From positions 654-64,653 of the forward strand of contig NZ_CANNFH010000009.1 of NCBI RefSeq assembly GCF_947503875.1: a DNA stretch of 64,000 nt. The letters run 5' to 3'. Each line of letters begins with the position of its first letter. Position 1 is the stretch's first letter. Of this stretch, positions 22,401 to 31,400 are shown piece by piece. Under the pieces are notes generated by a model. The model had not been told where the DNA came from and made no database searches. It saw only the letters and a program-made list of their open reading frames with translations. The position numbers and the translations under genes are program-made. Source of the stretch: an uncultured Polaribacter sp. Lineage in GTDB: Bacteria > Bacteroidota > Bacteroidia > Flavobacteriales > Flavobacteriaceae.

Positions 22401-25400
22401 TGTTACTAATGAATTTGCAGGTACTTGATAGGTTACTGTAGTACCTTGACAAACATTCTGAGTACTGCTTGAGGTAATAACACCCAAATTTGGAGCTGCA
22501 CAATTTATGGTTAAATTAACAACATCAGATACTGTTTTTGTGCCACAAGCACCCATTCCTGTTGCTGTTAGCGTTAATTGTACTGTTTCTGAACAAGTAT
22601 TTGTTAATGATTGATACGTTGTTGGGAAGCCTGATGAGAAAACACCATTCCCTGAGGTAGACCATTCTACAGAACTTGCGTTTTCGAACGATGTATTGTT
22701 AATAGTAAAAAGGCCAATTGGCTGCCCTGGTGTATAACAAACAAAACCATCATCTCCTGCGTTTACTGTTGGTAAAGGCTGGGTTGTAATTACTACCTCT
22801 TCAACTACAGTATCTGCAGTATCACAACCATTTTTAGGTGTTAAAACAGCTTTTAAAATAGTGGTTTGTGGAGTTGTAATTGTGGAAGAAATGTTTGCTG
22901 TAAATACAGGAGTTTCAGAATTGGCTCCGGCACTAATAGTACCTGATCCACTAAAAACACTCCATGTAATAGTATCATAATCTAATGCTGTAGTATTAAG
23001 TGTTACAGATGGTGTATCTACACAAATAGCAACATCTTGCGCTACAAGACTTGGTGTTTTAACAAAGTCTAAACGCATAAAACTATTATCTATACTACAT
23101 GAACTCTCACCATTTCCTGTTAAAATTAAATACACATATCCTTGATTTAAATCGGAAGCACTTGGAGTATAAACAGGGTTTGTAGCATTTATATCACTAA
23201 AAGAACCTGCTACATAACTAGCTAAAGAGGTACCATTGGCATTTTGAGCACTTGCCCAAACAACACTGCTAGTATTTGTAGCCGAAGCATCTGTAATTTC
23301 ATAAGAATCTCCAGTACATGTTGTTGCATTATTCCCTGCAAAAACACCTGCTCCTTCAGAAATATTTACTCTTAAATAATCTGAAACTGTACCACATGTA
23401 TTTGTAGATTGAAGCGTCAAATACACAAAACCTCTTGCAATATCTGCGGTACTTGGGCTATAAGTGGCATTTAAAACTGTAGCACTTGCAGGAGAAAATG
23501 AACCATCAGAAATAGTATTACCTAAAATATCTGAAGAGGCAATCCATTGCAGACTTGTATAATTTGTTGCTTTTGCATTGGTAATGTTTATAGAAGAACC
23601 TTCGCAAACTGCAATATCCAATCCTGCGTCTACCGTAGTTAAAGGGTCGATTACTAAATTTACAGTATCAGTAATTTCTCCAGAACAAGGAGCTACATTG
23701 TTAGCATGCAACGTAAATTCTATAGTACCTGTTTCATTTGGTCCTGGTTGGTATTGAGGTTGTAATGTGTTTAAAGAGCTAGATAAAATAGTTCCTGCTC
23801 CGTTTGATGTCCAATAATAATCGCCAGTACTTGATGAAGTTGTCGCTCCAAAATTTAACACTATTGGGTTATCAGTAGCACAAATTGTTTTTGGGTTTCC
23901 TGCATCAACGGTAAAAACCGGAGTTAAATTAACTTTTATCGTTTTTGTTACTACTCCTACACAAGCTGTTTTTGGCTGAGCCGTAACAGTCAGTGAAATA
24001 AAACCGTTAGCAACTTCTTCTGCCGTTGGCGATATTGTTGGTGTTAGAGAATTCGGGTTAACAACAATAGATTTATTGGCAACAGCAGTTGTATTTGTCC
24101 AATTATATGAAGTACTATTTGCAACAGAAACAATTGAAGGCAATGTAAAAGTATTTCCGCAAAAAGTAAGCTCATCTGTAGTTGCCGTAATTGTTGGTAA
24201 TTGATTGATACTTATAACAATCTCGTCGGTTGTATTTGCAGTACAAACACCATTTGGTGTTGCAATCATTGTTAACGTTACTTCAGTTGTATCATCAGTG
24301 CCTAGTTTATAGGTTGGCTTAATTTGACCTCCCGCAGTTGTATAATCAAAAATTCCATTCCCAGAAGTTTCCCATAACAAGGTATTAAAATTACTTGCAG
24401 TTGCTGCGTCTAAGGAAATTACATCACCTACACATGCAACCATGTCTACACCCGCATACGCTTTTGGTTTTGCCTGTAAGGTAATGGTTGTAGTAGCTGT
24501 AGTGTTCCCACAAGTATTGTTACCAAAAGCTTCTAAAAATATATTTACTGTACTTATACCAAACGAATTTATGAAATCTGTAGCTGCTGGAACATATTTA
24601 GGTTTCAGCGGATTTGCAGTAGCAACAAGAGTACCATCACCTGAATGAGACCAGTTAAAACTAGTTGCATTAGAAACCGTTCCGTTAAGTTGTACTTCTG
24701 TTTCACCCTCGCAAATTTCTTGTGGTGCACCTGCCGAAACTATTGGCAAAGCATTGATAGAAATCGTTACTGAATCTGACTTTGAGCTAGGGCACTCTGA
24801 CGAGCCTGCTGCCTCTAAAGTAAGAGTAACCAAACCTGAAGCTCCTACATTTGGAACAATTTCTGGTGTTAAGGTGTTTTCTGTACCTGATGTGATGCTT
24901 GCTGGACCTGCAATAGACCAGTTAAACACTCCATTTCCATAATTTATATCAGCATCCTGAATAACAACAGTTTCATCTTCACAAATAGAAACGTCTGTTC
25001 CTGCAAATACCTGTGCATTTGGATGAATGGTTAAAATTAAATCTTTTTTTACAGAGCTACATGCAGTATCTAATGGGATTGCAACTAAAGATAATGTTAC
25101 AACACCTGTTTGATTATTGGCTGGTGTATAAGTTGTATTTCCATTTGTCTGAGTAACAAAAGATCCCAATCCATTAGAAGAAACCCATTTTAAGGTTGTA
25201 AAATCTGATGCATTGATATCTGCATCTAATAATTGTAAGTTATCTCCTTCACAAATACTTCTATTTGAGGGAATGGTAACTTTAGGCTTTGGTGTAATTC
25301 GAATTGTTTTAGTTGCTATTACATCTGAAAGACTAGCACAAGCAGGCGCTGCATTTGCCGTAAGCGTTAAAGTTACGTTACCTGTTTGACCTGGTTCTGG

Positions 25401-28400
25401 TATAAATTCTGGTGTTAAGGTAGTTTCTGTACCTAAGGTAATTTCGCCAGGTCCAGAAAGCGTCCATAATACAGAGGCTGCATTATTTACAGTTGCCTCT
25501 CCTGCTAATAAGGTATACGATTCGTCTTCACAAATTGTAACTGTAGCGCCTGCATCTGCTTCGGGTTGTTTTGCAATTTGCACAACAACAGTGTCTGTAA
25601 CCTCTGCACAATTGCTATTACTTATAGCATGTAAAGTTAAAGTTACATTACCATTGCTAATGTCTAATTGACTTGGAGTATAACTTGCTAAATTAGTTGT
25701 TGCAAAAGGAGTACTAGACGAGCTAGAAGTCCAGAATTGCGACACATTATTAGTTGTTGCTCCGTTTAAATTTACCACATCGCCCTCGCAAATAGCCATA
25801 TCTAAACCAGCATTGACAGTTTGTGTTGGTAATAAATTTAATGTAAAATCTTTAAAAATAGATACTACTCCATTACAAGCTGTTTTTGGTTGCAGTGTAA
25901 GTCTTAAAGTAATTGGACTATTGGCTGCAATTTCTGTAGCGCTTGGTGTATAAATTGGATTTTCTATACCAACGTTGCTAAAAGTACCTGGCGCTGTGCT
26001 TAAAGAAGACCAAGATAATGTACTGTAATTACTTGCATTTACTCCTGAAATCACGAAAGGTTCTGTGGCACAATTGGTGCCATTATCTACATCAAAAGTT
26101 ACTGTAGGTTGTGATACAATTGCCACAGTAGTTTCCTCCGAAACTGCTGCGCAAGTAGCGTCTCCGGTAGCAGTAAATTTTAGTGTAAATGTTTCGTTTA
26201 AAATATCATTTGGGCCTGGTATGTATTTAGCATCAGTTGTGTTTTCTCCACTTATAAATGTACCATCAGAAACACCTACCTTTTCCCACAAATAGCTTGA
26301 GGCATTGCTTGCTGTTGCTGTTGCGTTATACACATCGCCTTCGCAGATTTCTGTTGCAAGATTGGTAATATTTACAGCTGGTGCTTGATTTATGGTAACT
26401 ACAATTGCATCTGAATCTGTTAGCATGCAGTCTTCATCACTCTGAGCTGTTAATGTTAAAGTAACAGAACCAGCTACCTTATCTGCTGCACTAAAAGTAT
26501 AGCTTGTGGTAAGCGCTGAAGCATTCCCAAATGCTGCAGTATTTGTAGAACTACTCCATAAATAAGTTGTACTCGCAGAAATATTTGTAACCAACGCAGT
26601 AAGATTTATAGTATTTTCTGTACTACAAACAGTTGTTGTATTTTCTGGCAAACTTACTTGTGGTATTGCTATTTTATTTAAAGTAAACTCTTGAGATACT
26701 GTATTGGCACAAGGTGCATTTCCAGTAACTGAAACTCTAATTACTACAATATCACTATCTAGTGCTGGTGTATAAATTGGTGTATTTATAGTTGTACTTG
26801 AAATGCTACCGGTACCACTTATAATTTCCCAATTGTAAGTACTTGGGTCTGCATTGGCAAAAAGTGCCTGCAATTGCTTGTCTTCTCCTTCACAAAAAAC
26901 AAGAGTATTTTGAGAAACATCAATGGTTGGATTTTTGCCAATATTTACACGGATTTTTTCTGAAACAATTGCAGTTGCACAAGCGCCTATAGGTGTTGCT
27001 GAAATGGTTAATTCTGAAAAACCATTGGCTATATCTGCCGCACTTGGTGTAAAAGTTGGGGTAAGATCTAAAGTACTACCTGTGGCAATAGTTCCTGGTG
27101 ACGAAGCAGACCAAACTATAGATTCCACATTATTAAAATTAGTAATATTTACTTGATCTTCTGGTACTTGATAATTCTCATCTTCACATATAGAAACTAC
27201 TGTTGGGCTTACCGTTAAAACTGGTTTTTTTAATAGTGTATAAACAACAGTATCCGTTGTATTTTCAGCACAAGGAGATGTTGCTGTGCCTGTTAGTGTT
27301 AACTGAACCGTACCATTGGCTATTTCTCTATCTCCCGGAATATATGTGGTTATTAAGCCTTTTGGTGATGTTAAGAAAATACCATCAGGATCATTGCTAG
27401 TCCATTGCAAATTACCAGCAGCTACATTAGATGCTGTTGCATCAAAAGTTGTAATGGATTCTCCTTCGCAAAAAGTTTTAGAAGCACCTGCATTAACTAT
27501 CGGGTTTTTAACCACCGGAATGGAAATTGTCTCACTAACACTAGTACAATTTCCTAACGGCGTTGCAATTACCGTTAATATAATTTCTCCGTTTGCAATA
27601 TCTGTTGCACTTGGCGTAACCGTTGGTGTTAAAGTTGTTTCGTTATTAATAATAGTTCCTGTTGAAGAGGTGTACAATAAATTAGATGCATTTACAATGT
27701 TCGTGCCTGTTACAGTAATATTTTCTGCATCTTCACAAATTGGAGCTTGATTGGTTACTGTAATTTCTGGCGATGCTTGAATATTAACAGTTATCGTTGA
27801 TACTGAAGCAACCGAACAAGGATTTATTGGAAATGCAGTTAATGTTAAATCTACAGTACCAGTAGCTATATCTGTTACAGAGGGTATGTATGTTGGATTA
27901 ATTGTATTATTAATACCACCTACAAAAGTACCGCCACTTGAAGAAACCCACTGCAAACTACTGTAAGTATTTGCAATTGCTGTTGCTGTAGTAATGGTAA
28001 AAGGAACGTCACATTCTGATAAATTTACACCTGCATCTGCTATAGGTGCTGGTATTACATCTAAAACTATAGTTTCGGTTTGTGGTGTAATACATGGCGA
28101 AACTGGGTCTATAGTTAATGTTAATATAATGTTTGGCTGTGTTAAATCAGCAGCAGAAGGTGTGTACTTTGGATTTAAAGGATCTGTAGTAGCTGTAAAA
28201 GTACCAGTTCCAGAAGTTGTCCAATTAGCCAATGATACCGGCATGTAATCATTTAAAATACTTGTACCACTTACCGAGTAATTTGTACTTGTATTACAAA
28301 TAGCATCAGTACCAACCGTTGTAATTACTGGTATTGGCTCAAAAGACAATTCCATAGTATCTGAAACAACGTCTAAACAAGGTGCTAAACCTGTAAGTGC

Positions 28401-31400
28401 TAAAGTAAGGGTTACAGAACCGTTTGCGATATCTGTTACAGAAGGTGTGTAAGTGGCATTACTTACATCATTCTGATTGCTAAAAGTTCCTGTACCTGAA
28501 GACAACCAAGTTGCTTGAGAAAAATTACCTGCAGTTGCAGAAGTAGTTGTATACGTTGTATTACCACAAATGGTTGCATCATTTCCTGCCTCTACAATTG
28601 GCTTTTCTACAAAATCTAAAGTAATAGAATTTGTGGTTGATGAATTACAATTAGAAGGAATTCTTGCTGCTTTTAAGGTTAAAACAACACTGCCACTTGC
28701 AACATCTGCTGCTGAAGGAGTATAAAAATTAGCTGTGGTTGTATTGTCAGGTGTAGTATCTGTAAAAGTACCACTACCACTACTTGTCCATTTTAAAGTA
28801 TCAAAATCTATTGCAGAAACATCTGGAATTTCAAAAGGAGCTGTTTCCGAACAAACAGCGACAGATGGGTTGATAACTGTAATACTTGGTATTTTATTTA
28901 TGTCTAAACGCATTTCACTTACCGCATCTACAGTACAGGGACTGTCTTTAAGTGCGGTTAAGGTAAGCTTTGCGTAACCTCTACTAATATCTGTAACACT
29001 TGGCGTATAGGTTGGTCTTAATGTATTTCCGCCAGTAAAGCTTCCACCTCCTGAACCTGCAGACCAAATTACATTTCCACTAATATTAGTTGCAGTGGCA
29101 GTAGTTATTTCAAAATCTTCACCTTCACAAATAGTAGCATCTACGCCTGCATCTGCCGTAGGGTTTGGTATTATCGTTACCGTTGTTGAAACAGCTGTAG
29201 AATTTCCTGTACAAGGACCTTCTGGTTGTCCAACAATCGTAAAAGTAATAGTACCTGTTTCTGATGCTGAAGATGTATAGGTTGGGTTTAATGTATTTTC
29301 GTTTGTAAAAGTACCAGAACCTCCAGTTCTTGTCCAAGAAACTCCGCTTGCGTTAGAAGATGTACCGTTTAAAGTAATACTTTCTCCTTGACAAATAGTT
29401 TGTGCCAAACCAGCTGTAACCACTGGCTTTTTTTGAATATTAATTGTTACAGTATCATTTTCTGGATCGCAACTCGTTTGAGATCCTGTAATAGTAAAAG
29501 TAACCGAACCATTATCAATATCACTTGGAGAAAAAGTATATATAGGGTCTTCATCATTGGGGTTATCAAAAGAACCTGCTCCTGTACTAGTCCAAGTAAC
29601 AGAATTTACATTAGAAGCAGTTCCGTTTAAAGTTACAGTTGGTTGAGATTCGCAAATAGTTGTGTTGCCACCTGCATCTACAATTGGTGCCGCATTTATT
29701 TTATAAATAAAAGTTTCTGTAGCAGGAGTTCCGCAGGGAGAAATGGGATTTACAGTAACAGTAAAAGTAATACCAGTATTAAAATCTGTCTCAACCGGTG
29801 TATAAATTGGAGTTGCTGAGTTTTGAGTACCATTAAAAGAACCACCACCGTTAGAGGTTGACCACAGAATAGTACCTGGATTCTGAATATTTGCAGCTAA
29901 ATTTAAAGGTGTTGTTAAACCGGCACAAACAGTTGCATCTGCTATTTCATCTATTGTTGGGTTTTTTTCTATTGATAAAATAGTTTCACTAAAAGAAGTA
30001 GCGCAAGGTGAATTCCCGGTTCCTGTTAAGGTAAGGGTTACCAAGCCCAAATCTTTGTCATTTATACCAGGTGTATACGTTGGTGTTAAAGAATTGGCGT
30101 CTATAAAGGTTCCATCTCCACTTGTAGACCAAGCAACAGAAACGGTATTAACATCTTTTGTAGCGCCTGATGGCACATATGGTTCGTTTTCACAAATTAC
30201 TGTTGAACTTGTACCAGCATTTACAATCGGACTTGGCACTATGGTTACCATTACTGTTGATGTACTTGAATCACAATTTGCTGAAGAGGTTGTTAAAATA
30301 AAAGGAATTCCTAAAGGATATAATGTATTTGCGATTAGAGCATCTGAAATACTCGGTGTAAAAACTGGGTTTGGTGTATTAGCTAAAGTTAAAGCACCAC
30401 TAATATCACTGGGCTTAGACCATGAGTAACTAGTTGCAAAAGTAGAATTTGAACCATCTAAGGTAATAGGATCTGTGCCACAACCCGAAATATCTGTACC
30501 AGCATTTGCTGTAGATTTACGGGCAATATTTATAGTTGTTTCTAAAAAAGGAATTTCATCTCCGCAAGTATCCGTAACAAAAAGTCTAACAATAGCTTCA
30601 CCACTTGTAATTGCAGATGTAGAAGGCGTAAAAGTTATTTCAGTTGGACTTAATATATTGACTTCTCCAGAAGAAGCAGGAACTGCCTCCCAACGAGTGC
30701 TTGAGTAATTTCCTGTAATAGTTGCTTCTAAATTAGTTGACATATCTGCATCACACATATCAATTGTTGTACCTCTATTTAAAGAAACTATTGGCGTTTC
30801 ATCAACCGTAATTGTAACACTATTCGATTTCGTACAACCCGTTGCTGTAATAGTTTCTGTTAAGGTAAAAGTAGTTGTTTGTAAAGGACTCACCTTTGGA
30901 TTTTCGCTTGTTGAAGATACTGTTGGAGCATTCCATGCATAAGCAGGTGAAGCTACCCAACTATAGGTAGAACCTGTTTTTGAAGCAGCACCAATATTTA
31001 TTTCTTGTCCTTCGCAAATAGTAGCTGCTGCTGCTACAGCTGCTGTTGGCAGAGGTTGCATTGTAACTTCAAAAGTTTGCTCTACTATACAACCTGCTGT
31101 ATTGGTAACTTTTAGCGTGTATTCTTCGGATGCTGTAATGGTTCTTGTAATAGCTGAACTTGTTTCAGTTAAAATTCCACCTGATAAAGACGACCACTCG
31201 TAGTTATAGCCAGGTATTGGTGTTACTTCTCCAAAAGTTACGGTATTACCAAAACACACTTCTTGATCTGAAATTAGAGGTACATTAGGTACTGGATTTA
31301 CTTTAATTTCTATTTCTGATGACCTTATTTGACTACAAACACCATTACTACTTACGGCTCTGTAAAAAGTATTTTGGGTTAAAATACCAGTATTATATGT